DNA from: Verrucomicrobiota bacterium
Lineage (GTDB): Bacteria > Verrucomicrobiota > Verrucomicrobiia > Limisphaerales > Palsa-1400
Reading direction: 5' to 3'
Assembly (NCBI GenBank): GCA_049510745.1
Contig: JBEKYR010000021.1
Location: 1 to 64,000 of the forward strand
Length of the DNA stretch: 64,000 bases
The position numbers and the translations under genes are program-made. How positions within the stretch are numbered: position 1 is the stretch's first letter; every line of letters starts with the position of its first letter. Below the pieces are notes generated by a model. That model was not told where the DNA came from, did no database searches, and saw nothing but the letters and a program-made list of their open reading frames with translations. Below, in pieces: positions 36,694 through 47,000 of this stretch.

Positions 36694-39603
36694 TTGCTGT
36701 TGTCTTATAATGGCCGCGTGGAAACGATTCACAAAAGCGTCGGCAACGAAGCGCGGGCGTTGATGCGGGATGCGGACGTTTCGGAGCAACCAGGCCCCAC
36801 GGTTACGAATCATTCTCCACCGGCTGCCAAGATAGAGTTGTTTCGATCTCTTTTCCGGGGCAGAGAGGATGTTTATCCCCGGCGATTCGAGAGCCGGAGG
36901 ACCGGGAAATCCGGCTATGCGCCTGCCTGCGCCAATGAATGGATTCGCGGTATCTGTGAAAAACCGCGAATTAAATGCGCCGATTGTCCCGATCGCCGTT
37001 TCTTTCCGATCACTGCCGAAGTAACCGGCTGGCATCTTTCGGGCCGGAATGACCGGGGCCTGGATTTTGTCATGGGCGTCTATGCCATGTTGCAGGACGA
37101 GACTTGCTTCTTTCTGGCGGTGGATTTCGATGACGAAGATTGGCAGCGGGATGCGGCCGCGTTTCTCGATACGTGCCGGCGGCTTGAGGTGCCCGCCGTC
37201 TTGGAGCGCTCGCGATCCGGCCATGGCGGCCACGTCTGGTTTTTCTTTGAAGAAGCCATTCCCGCCGGCTTGGCGCGCAAACTGGGTTCGCACATTCTCA
37301 CGGAGACGATGGAGCACCGTCCGGAAATTGGTTTCCATTCTTACGACCGGCTGTTTCCCAACCAGGACACGCTGCCCAAAGGCGGGTTTGGGAATCTGAT
37401 CGCCCTTCCGCTCCAGAAACAGGCGAGGCAGCGCGGCCACACTGTTTTTCTTGACGGGCAGTTCGGGCCTTACGCCGATCAATGGGCGTTCCTGGCCTCG
37501 GTGCGGCGAATGAGCCGGACGCGCATCGAGGCTCTGGTGCGCGACGCGGAATCCAAGGGACGGGTTGTTGGAGTGCGCATGGCCTTGGCGGATGAGGACG
37601 ATGACGATCCCTGGACGGCGCCCCCGTCACGCCGCCGCAAGGAACCACCCATTCCAGGGCCTTTTCCAGAAAAGATCGAGGTAATCCTCGGAGACCAAAT
37701 CTATATCGCCAAAGAGAACCTTGTGCCCGGGCTGCGCAACCGACTGCTGCGTTTGGCCGCGTTTCAGAATCCCGAGTTCTATCGCGCGCAAGCCATGCGC
37801 CTGCCGGCCTACAACAAGCCAAGAATCGTTTCATGCGCCGAGGATCATCCAAAGCACTTCGCCCTTCCGCGAGGGTGTCTGGATGAGGTTCGGCAAATGC
37901 TTGAGGCTCTCCACATCCGCCCGGAAATCCGCGATGAACGTTACGGAGGCGTTCCGCTCAAGTTGTCTTTCCGCGGCGTCCTGCGGCCTGAGCAGCAAGC
38001 AGCGGCTGAAGCGTTGTTCGGACATGACACGGGCGTTCTGGCAGCGACCACGGCTTTTGGCAAAACCGTGGTGGCGGCCTGGCTCATTGCCCAACGCGGC
38101 GTCAACACGCTGATATTGGTTCACCGCCAGCAACTTCTCGAACAGTGGATCGAGCGATTATCCTCGTTTCTGGATTTGCCAGCGAAGGACATCGGGCGAT
38201 TGGGCGGCGGACGCAACAAGCTGACAGGCGCGCTGGACGTGGCCCTGATGCAAAGCCTTGTTCGCAGAGAAGTGGTCGATGATCGCGTGGCCGATTACGG
38301 CCATCTAATTGCGGATGAGTGCCATCATATTTCCGCGCGCAGCTTTGAATTGGCCGTCCGCCGCGCCAAAGCGAAGTTCATCACCGGTTTGTCCGCCACG
38401 GTGACTCGCAAGGACGGGCACCACCCGATCATTTTCATGCAGTGCGGCCCGGTTCGCCATCGTGTGGACGCGAAAACCCAGGCGGCGGCGCGGCCGTTCA
38501 CGCATCATGTCCTGGTCCGTCCGACCGGTTTTCGGCCGAGTGCGGCGTCCGACCCGGATCCGCGCGCGGAATTTCACCAATTGTATGAGGCCTTGCGGAA
38601 TGACGAGAAGCGGAACCAAATGATTTGTGCGGACATCGTAAGTGCCATCAGGGAGGGGCGGTCACCTCTGGTGCTGACCGAACGGAGAGAACGCCTTGAA
38701 CATTTGGCTCAATTGCTTTCCACGGATGTTCCGCACTTGATTCTGTTGCGCGGAGGTCAAAGCAAGAAAGTATTGGCCGCCGCCCTCGCGCAATTGGCCC
38801 AGATCCCAGAGACCGCAGGGCGGGCGGTTCTGGCCACGGGAGGATACATCGGCGAAGGCTTCGACGACCCTCGATTGGACACGTTGTTTTTGGCGTTACC
38901 GGTTTCATGGCGGGGAACCATTGCGCAGTACGTCGGGCGGCTTCATCGTCTGCACGAAGGCAAACGCGAAGTGCGCGTTTATGACTACGCCGACCTGGAT
39001 GTTCCGATGCTTTCCAGGATGTTCGACAAACGGTGCCGCGGATATGAAGCGAATGGCTACACCATCCTGCTTCCGGGCAGCGCCTTGCCGGGCTGGCCGG
39101 CCGAAGTTCCACTTCCGATTGATCCAGAATGGAAAAAGGATTACGCCGCCAGTGTTCGCCGGCTCATCCGCGACGGAGTGGATGTTCCCCTGGCGACTCT
39201 TTTCGTGCATGTGGCCCGGACTCCCGACGCCAATGCCAAGGGAGAAGATCGTGCCAGAAGCGCCAGCGAAGCCTTTCTTTTTCGCCGCCTGCAAACCTTG
39301 CCCGCAACGTCCGGTCGTTTTCGCTTGAATGTGGAGTTGCCAATTTCGTTTGACGGCGATGGCAAAATGGAGGTGGACCTGTTATGCGCGGAAGCCGGCG
39401 TGGTTATTGAGTTGGATGGCGCGCAACATTTCGCTAATATGGACGCGTATCGGCGGGACCGGAGGAAAGACGCCCTGCTGCAGCAAAATGGATATTTTGT
39501 GTTGCGATTCCTGACGGAAGACACAGGCAAGCGCCTCGACCAAGTCTTGGATGCCATTTGGGCCGCTCTCATTTATCGTGAGAACCACCCGAGACGCAAG
39601 TAA
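36694..39603 (+). CDS. TOTE-type primase-like domain, SF2 helicase and DUF559 nuclease-like fusion
   Basis: LFRGREDVY, FLAVDFD, ERSRSGHGGHVW, GNLIALPLQ; TAFGKT, DECHH, LSAT, QYVGRLHR; VDLLC..IELDGAQH..DRRKD; start may be near 36763. Confidence 0.85.
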   Translation: MLLSYNGRVETIHKSVGNEARALMRDADVSEQPGPTVTNHSPPAAKIELFRSLFRGREDVYPRRFESRRTGKSGYAPACANEWIRGICEKPRIKCADCPDRRFFPITAEVTGWHLSGRNDRGLDFVMGVYAMLQDETCFFLAVDFDDEDWQRDAAAFLDTCRRLEVPAVLERSRSGHGGHVWFFFEEAIPAGLARKLGSHILTETMEHRPEIGFHSYDRLFPNQDTLPKGGFGNLIALPLQKQARQRGHTVFLDGQFGPYADQWAFLASVRRMSRTRIEALVRDAESKGRVVGVRMALADEDDDDPWTAPPSRRRKEPPIPGPFPEKIEVILGDQIYIAKENLVPGLRNRLLRLAAFQNPEFYRAQAMRLPAYNKPRIVSCAEDHPKHFALPRGCLDEVRQMLEALHIRPEIRDERYGGVPLKLSFRGVLRPEQQAAAEALFGHDTGVLAATTAFGKTVVAAWLIAQRGVNTLILVHRQQLLEQWIERLSSFLDLPAKDIGRLGGGRNKLTGALDVALMQSLVRREVVDDRVADYGHLIADECHHISARSFELAVRRAKAKFITGLSATVTRKDGHHPIIFMQCGPVRHRVDAKTQAAARPFTHHVLVRPTGFRPSAASDPDPRAEFHQLYEALRNDEKRNQMICADIVSAIREGRSPLVLTERRERLEHLAQLLSTDVPHLILLRGGQSKKVLAAALAQLAQIPETAGRAVLATGGYIGEGFDDPRLDTLFLALPVSWRGTIAQYVGRLHRLHEGKREVRVYDYADLDVPMLSRMFDKRCRGYEANGYTILLPGSALPGWPAEVPLPIDPEWKKDYAASVRRLIRDGVDVPLATLFVHVARTPDANAKGEDRARSASEAFLFRRLQTLPATSGRFRLNVELPISFDGDGKMEVDLLCAEAGVVIELDGAQHFANMDAYRRDRRKDALLQQNGYFVLRFLTEDTGKRLDQVLDAIWAALIYRENHPRRK

Positions 39604-39618
39604 TTCCAGTATCTGCAT

Positions 39619-40866
39619 TTATTTGCCTGCCGCCCAAAGGAGAGGCAATGGCAAGCCGTGCAGGTTGCCGGCAAATGGAATGACTTCTGTCCCGGTATAA
39701 AGCAGCACTCCACGAACCCACCTTTTACCCGCTGCGTTGGCCATAGCCTGCAAACCACGAACATCGCTTCCGCCCAACGTTGCGCCAGCTTTTATTTCCA
39801 CCCCGACCAGCCGCCCGGCACTATCTTCGAGCACGATGTCCACCTCCTGTCCGGAAGCCGTGCGCCAATAGAAAAACTCCGGCTGAATCTCGCTCCAAGC
39901 CGATTGCTTGCGCAGTTCCATCAGCACGAAATTCTCCAGCACCCCGCCCGCCAGTGTCCCGTCAACCTTCAACCGATCCGCCGTCAATCCCAATAGATGG
40001 GCCAAGAGCCCGGTGTCATTCAAATAAGCCTTCGGCGTTTGAATGAGCCGCTGTCCAAGGTTGCTCGACCAAGGCCGCAACAGTTGCACCAAGAACGTTG
40101 CTTCCAATAGGGCGAAGTAGCGTTTCAATGTTGTTTGCGGCAACGCGAGAGTTCGCGACAAGTCAGCGAAATTCAACAGTCCGCCGCACCGGGCGGCCAC
40201 GACTGAGAGCAGGCGGGGCACAGCCGTAACGTCGGCGACATTTGCCAGGTCACGAACATCACGCTGAAGAATCGTCGTCAGGTAGGACCGAAACCAAGCC
40301 GTGCGACGCGCGCCGACGTTTCGAGCAACCACCAGGGGATAGCCGCCAACCAAGACCTTCCCAAGCAATTCATCACGCCCAACGCCGCTTGATTTTCCTG
40401 AAGACCAGACCGGCTGTTTGGAGAATAAGGCGTCAATGAAGCCTTCGCTAACGCTGTTCATTTCGCCCTGCGAAAACGGCCAGAGGGTCAATATCTCCAT
40501 GCGGCCCGCCAGGGACTCGGACAATTTCGGCAGAAGCATCACGTTCGCGGAACCCGTCAGCAAAAACCGTCCTGGCTCCCGTTTCCGGTCAACGGACACT
40601 TTGATGGCGGGAAAGAGTTCGGGCGCATGCTGCACTTCATCCAGGGTGACCAGGGGGTTCAAGCCGGCAATGAAGCCGTTGGGGTCGCGCTTGGCCGCTG
40701 CCAATACGCCGGGATCATCGAGCGTCAAATACTGGCGGTCGTGCTTGGTCAATTCCGCCGATTGCACCAAAGTGCTCTTGCCGGTTTGTCGGGCGCCGTT
40801 GACCAGAACCACCGGCGTGTCCGCCAAAGCTTGCAGAAGAGGCTTGGTAATGTGGCGACGAATCAT
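39619..40866 (-). CDS. AAA_14 ATPase with DUF4143 domain
   Basis: GARQTGKST, DEVQ, LTGSA, SLAGR, GGYP, PKAYLNDTGL and EVDIVLE..VEIK; start placed at MIRRH. Confidence 0.92.
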   Translation of the reverse strand: MIRRHITKPLLQALADTPVVLVNGARQTGKSTLVQSAELTKHDRQYLTLDDPGVLAAAKRDPNGFIAGLNPLVTLDEVQHAPELFPAIKVSVDRKREPGRFLLTGSANVMLLPKLSESLAGRMEILTLWPFSQGEMNSVSEGFIDALFSKQPVWSSGKSSGVGRDELLGKVLVGGYPLVVARNVGARRTAWFRSYLTTILQRDVRDLANVADVTAVPRLLSVVAARCGGLLNFADLSRTLALPQTTLKRYFALLEATFLVQLLRPWSSNLGQRLIQTPKAYLNDTGLLAHLLGLTADRLKVDGTLAGGVLENFVLMELRKQSAWSEIQPEFFYWRTASGQEVDIVLEDSAGRLVGVEIKAGATLGGSDVRGLQAMANAAGKRWVRGVLLYTGTEVIPFAGNLHGLPLPLLWAAGK

Positions 40867-40872
40867 GGTCGT

Positions 40873-40908
40873 ATAATCAACCACAACACGGATGATAATC
40901 AACCACAA
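40873..40908. repeat. 14-bp direct repeat in the ATPase promoter region
   Basis: ATAATCAACCACAA at 40873-40886 and 40895-40908. Confidence 0.8.
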
Positions 40909-40975
40909 TTTTGCCGGTACTGAAATCCACTCGGCGAGCGGTGGAGGTCGCACGTCTGCATCAACCCTCGAGAAA

Positions 40976-41023
40976 TGACTTCGGATCAGAAGGGTGGCAG
41001 TTCAAGTCCCTCCGGATGCGTCA
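40976..41023 (+). mobile_element. degenerate 3' fragment of tRNA-Arg(TCG), second att-like site
   Basis: TGACTTCGGATCAGAAGG..GTTCAAGTCC..GGATGCG.CA aligns with 28759-28806. Confidence 0.78.
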
Positions 41024-41064
41024 ATTTCCCAGCCCGGACATGCCGAGCAGGTGGCCGGCGGAAA

Positions 41065-44000
41065 TTACGGCCCCAGACGCACGCGGTAAAACCGCTGGCT
41101 GCCGTTTGTGGCGCCGGAATCCTCGAACAGCCACGGCGTGTCTGGCGAGTTGGTTGTGAAAATGGGGGTCCACGTTGCCAGATTTGTGGACGCGAGAATG
41201 GAATAATCGGGGCCGCTATCGCCCGAGATGAACGACTCAAAGACGCCGTTGCTCCAGCTTAGCGCGCCGAACGTCGGCGGCATTGGCAGGATAACGGACA
41301 CCATGAAGTACTGGGTGGCTCCCAGGCTGGGCAAGCCGTTGTCGAACACGGCGACGGCCACCGGATACGTGGCGCCGCCCTGGGCGATCGTTGGCCGCCA
41401 ACTAAACAGGCCGGCGGCCGAATCCATCACAGCGCCGGGCGGCGCCATTGCCAGGCTGTAACGAAGCAGTTGCGGCGGCGAATTGGCGTCCGTGGCTGCA
41501 TTCTGGATTTGCAGTGTCCGGCCGGCGAGGATCGTCTGATTGGCGACAGCGGCCAGCGCCGGTCGGATGTTCAAGTCGGCGAGCGAGGCGGCCACGGCCG
41601 CGGAACCGGGGCCGGAACCACAATTATTGACAGCTTCGACTTCATAATAGTATGTGGCCGTGTCTGTAATTGTGACGTCGGCGTAGTTTGTGGCCGCGAC
41701 ATTCAGCGCCAACATCGTAAACGGTCCCCCTGCGTTGGTGGAGCGAAGGACGTTGTAACCGGTGGCGCCGGGCGACGGCGGAGAAGGCGGCCACGCGAGA
41801 ATGATTTGTCCATTTTCCGCCGTAAACGCCAGCCCGGCCGGCGCCGGAGGAGTCTGGCAGGAAACTGTGGCGCCGGCTTCGCCGGAGTTGGCGCTTTCTC
41901 CAGCGGCGTTGGTGGCGGAAACGACGTAGTAGTAATTGCCGGCGGCGAGACCGAGGTCCATGTGCAACGTGGCGGCACGATTGGCGATGAGCGCATAGGG
42001 TCCTCCCTGCACTGAGGCGCGTTTGATATTATAGCTCGAAGCGCGTGAGCTTGCATCCCACGAAAGCCCGACTTCGCCGTTGCCTGGCGTGGCAGTCAAT
42101 CCAGCGGGGACGGCGGGAACAGTCAAGCCGGACGCACTGCCACCGATGCCGTACTTAGCCTTGAGCGTGCTCTCCATGTATTGACGATTTGGATCTGTCA
42201 AGGCGCCTCCGAATATTCTCACTTCCGCAATATCGCCGGAGAAAAAATTGCTCAACTCCTGTTGCGCGCCCAGGACCAGGCGCGGCGGCGAGGTCAGCGA
42301 GGCGGTGACGCCTGTCACGCTGGAGGCCAGCACGCCGTCCACGTAGAGCGAAATCAGGCCCGTGCTTTGAACGCGCTCAAACGTAAAGACGTGTGGAGCG
42401 CCGTTGTTGTAGCCGGTGGCAGACACAGCCGAATTGTCCGGGCTGCCGTCGCCGCACAAAATTTGTCCGCTGGCATTGAGTGAACTGGCAAATTTGTTGG
42501 CCGTGCCCGCAACGTCGCCGCTCACCAATCCGGCGCCCTGCCAATACTGGGTGCCCGTGCCCAGCCCTTGCGCGCTTTGGAAAACACAGGCCACCGTAAA
42601 GTCATTCGAGATCACGTCAGGGAAGGCCAGGAACAGGCTGTATCCGGCAATGAAACGAACCACAGGCAGACCGTTCATGGCATTGGTGACAAAGACCGGT
42701 TGCTGCGCGACGACGCCGTTCGTGGCGTTGCGGCCCCCTCCGGTCGAGTCACTCCACACCGCCACGCGCGCGCCATTATGAAGGCCCATGGCGTCGGCTT
42801 TGTACCACACGAGCGGTTGAAGCAGATTGACGGGCACGAGTTGGAATCCGCACACGCCGACACCATCGCCGCTGGAACTGCTGTCCCACTGAACGTAAAT
42901 TGTGAGCGCGTTGGAAGCGTTGGGCGGCAGGCCGGACAATTCGACATAGTTGCCGAGGTCCGGAGTTCCCGGCGTGGTGTCAACGGATTGGACAAAGTTG
43001 CTGGCGTCCGAAAACGTCTGCCATTCCGGTCCGGCGTAATTGGTCACTCCGGCCCCTCCGCTGATATCCGCAACGTTGGCGGTATTATCATTGAGATACA
43101 AATAAACATTATAGATTTGGTTGGAGTTCAGGTTGGCGAACGTGACTTGCATCAGCCCTGATCCCAGGGTCGCGGGGCTTCCGGTTCTTGCCTTCCAAAA
43201 TGTGTTCATCATCCGTGTGTTCGCCTGGCTTGATCCGCTGACGTTGCCGCTGTGCCAGCCGTCGCTGATGCCGCAAGCGGTCATTGAAAGCGGAGTCGCC
43301 GTGCCGTTGGTGTCCTTCAAGTAATTTACGGTCAGGCCGCTGGCGGCGAGAACGGAAGAGGGAGTGACAGGCACGACGTTCCAATTGGAAGCGGCATAGG
43401 CCCCTGCCCTATCGCCGGGCCGGAGAAAGAATCCACTGTAGCCGAAGTAATTGGTGATCGCGCATTGGACGCTGACGGCGCCCGGCGAGCCGGCCACGAC
43501 CTGCGAGATCGCCATTGACGCCACAGAGCTGGTGACGCTGCCATAGGCGTTGCCAACAACCACGCAAAAGCCGACGGAACTGCTGGCGTCGCTTGCGGTT
43601 GTGAGATGAGTATAAAAACTGTTTGTGGCGCCGGGAATGATGTTGGTCGCTCCGCCGCTGATTTCCCGCCATTGGTAAAAAAGCGGCTGCCCATTGGTCG
43701 CCAGGACGGAAAATGTAATCGGAACATTCGAATAGATGGGCGTCGAAGCCGCAAAAGATTGCGGCTGCGAAATAATCGACGGCGGCAACGCGGAAAGGCC
43801 GGGTGTGGCGCTGGCTTCAATTGAATTGGCGCTCTCGCCATTGCCATTGACGGCGGAGACAACATAGTAGTAGGTCGCGCCGCCGGTCACATTGGTGTCG
43901 ATGTAACCAACGGCTGTGTAGTTCGCGATGGTTGTATAAGGACCGCCTTGAACCTGCGAACGTTTGACGTTGTAGCTGGTGGCGTTGAAGTTGATGGTCC

Positions 44001-47000
44001 AGTTCAAGGCCACTTGACTGGGGCCGGGAGCGGCCGCAAGGGCCGAGGGCGCCGCCGGCGGGCTGTTAGTTGACAGAGCTTGAAAGGTTTGGGTTGCAGG
44101 AGCCAGTCCCGGCGACGACGCCGTGAGGGTTATTGGCCCGCCCGTTTGCGCTCCAATCAAGCCCATGCACCAGCCATTGAAGGCGTGCCGCTGGGATGAA
44201 CGGTCCGGCTCATGGCTGGCGGGATCGCCATTGCCAACGCCGGCGACCATTCCCCCCGCCGAAACGCTGAAAGTCACCAGATTGGAGGCGGTCGGAACGA
44301 CGCGCCCTTGTGCGTCCAAAACAGACGCGTACACCACCGTGAGGTCCTCGCCATCGGCGGTGACAGTGGTGCGGTCGGTCGTCAACCGGAGCGCCGCCGG
44401 GACTCCCGCGGTGGCGGCCTGGTCTGTGGCAACAGTGTTTCCGTTGGCGTCATAGCCTTTTGCCAGCAACATTCCGGCGGCGTACGGAACAGACCATTCG
44501 AGATGTCCGTAGGCGGGCATAGTCTGCGCCCCCTGGCTGACGCCGTTAAGAAACAGCTCGATGCTGGCGGTGTTGCCGTAGCACCAGACACTGATCGTCT
44601 GGCCGGAGGACCAATTCCAGTGAGGCAAAATGTGAACCAGCGGCTGGCCGCCCCACCACGCCTGGTAATAATAGGCCATATCTTTAGGCAGGCCGCAGAG
44701 GTCCAGGATTCCAAACTTAGAACTGATGCAAGGCCAGCCATACGGGGTCGGCTCTCCCTTGTAGTCGAAACCGGTCCAGGTAAACGAGCCGGCCATAAAA
44801 GGGCGTTCGACCACAGGCTGCCAGGCGCCTTCCGGACTGCTATAGGAACTGAGATAGGCCATGTTGTCGTTGGTGTACTCGCCACGGTCGGCCATGGCCG
44901 AGGAGGTTTCGCTGCCATACATCGGCTGCGACGGATAGTCTTGGTGAAAGGCGTCATACTCGCCCGGACTGTAGTTGAAGCCTTCGATGTCCTCGACCAA
45001 AGTGATGCCCAGATCGAACCAGCCGCCATTCATCGCGCAGGTGACCGGCCGGCTGGCGTCAAATTCGAGCACCCGTTTCTTCATCGCATAGAAAATGTCC
45101 GCGCCGGCTTGAGTTCCTGAAATGGATTCTTCATTGCACATCGACCACATGATGACGCTCGGATGGTTGCGGTCGCGCAGGATCATGCTGGCGAGGGCGG
45201 AGAGGTCTGAATAAGGGGTCTGCGCCGTGGTTGGAGCATAGCCGCCGGTCGCGTCGCCGAGGTTGCGATTCTCGTCCATCACCAACATGCCGAGCCGGTC
45301 GCAGGCGTCGAGGAGGGCGGGAGAGGGCGGATTGTGGGAGCAGCGCCAGGCGTTGGCGCCCCTTTCTTTGAGTTTCATCACGCGCCAGTAAAACAGGTTG
45401 TCTGGAATCCCGATTCCCACCCCCGCCAGGTCCTGGTGATTGCACATTCCTTTCAACTCCACGCGTTTGCCATTGAGGAAAAAGCCGTTATTGACGTCGT
45501 AATAGATCGAGCGAATCCCAAAAGGCGTCACGCACGAGTCAATCAGTTGGGTGCCCTGTTGAATGCTGGTCTGGAGCTGATAGAGCTGCGGCATTTCCAG
45601 CGACCAGAGGTGAGCGTTGGCAATGGAGAGAGACTGAATTACGTTGGTGACCGCGCCGGCGGGAAGCGTCACCGCCGTGGTGGCTGTTCCGGCGGAAAGT
45701 CCGTCCGGCCCGCTGGCTTGCGAAACCAGCGTGAAGGTTTGAGCCAGCGCGGAGGCGTTGGTGATGGTGGTGGTTATCGTCAGGCCCGCCGAGGCATTTC
45801 CGTTGCTGTCCGGCCCCTGCACCTGGGCGGTGACGAAGGCGCCCGAAGGGGCGACATGGAGAGGATTGGCCATATTGAGCCAGACGTGGCGGTAAATGCC
45901 GGCGCCTTCATACCACCAGCCTTCATCGACGTGCGGGTCCACATGCACGGCCAGAAGATTCGTCCCACCGGCAATCGTGTAAGGAGTGATGTCGTACCGA
46001 AAGCTCGCGTAGCCACTGTGCCAGTATCCCAGACAGTGGCTGTTGATCCACACCGTTGAATTATGGTACACGCCGTCGAAGTCGATCCAGACACTTTGGC
46101 CGGCGGCGGAGGAAGGAAGGGTGAACGTCTGGCGATACCACGCGTTGGCCAGCGGCAGGGAGGCATGACCCGTTTCCGCGGTGTTGGTGAAGCTTCCTTC
46201 GACCACGTAATCGTGCGGCAGTTGCACGAGGCGCCACAAGCTGTCATTGAAGTCCGGGTCCGTCGGGCTGATGTCCTGGAGATCGTCCCCGGATTGCAGC
46301 AATACCGGCTTGAGAATCCCGCCGCCTCCGTTGGTGTTCCGCACGGCGACCGCCAGAACATTTGGGCCGGAACCCGACCAAAACGGGTCCAGCGCAGGAA
46401 TGTCGAACGCGCCGGAATACTCTCCAAGAAGGGCGCCGTTCAGATAAACGCTGGCGCTGTCGTTCGAGCCAAAACCCGGGAAGTGAAGAGCCAGGGGCCT
46501 GCCGCCGGTCGCGGCAGCATCCAGCGTCGTCCGAAACCAGGCCGCGCCGGCGCCGCCCTGGAACACGTCCTGTCCCACGGCCGCCTTCGCCCAGGCGGAT
46601 GTGTTCAGATTTGTGGCCGCCATGGCCGCCGCGTCACCGGGCGCATTAGTGTCATTGAGCCAGACCCATTGCGTCAAGGGAATGCCGGGCGGAGGCACAG
46701 AGTTGCCCGATTGCAACAGCACAGGCCCCATGATCCCCCCGGAGCCGCCGGTGTTTTGCACTGCCAGCGCCAAAACGTTTGGGCCGTTGCTCGACCATGC
46801 GTAATCCAGCGGCGCAATGTCGAATGCCTCCGAACCACCGGCGTGTCGTCCAATCAGATTGCCATTCAAATAAACACTCGCGTTGTCGTCCACCTCGACG
46901 AAATGAAGCGACAGCGGCCGGGCTGACAACGCCAGAGCGTCCAACGACGCCCGAAACCAGGCGTAGCCGACGCGCCCATTGAAGACATCTTGTCCGACGG

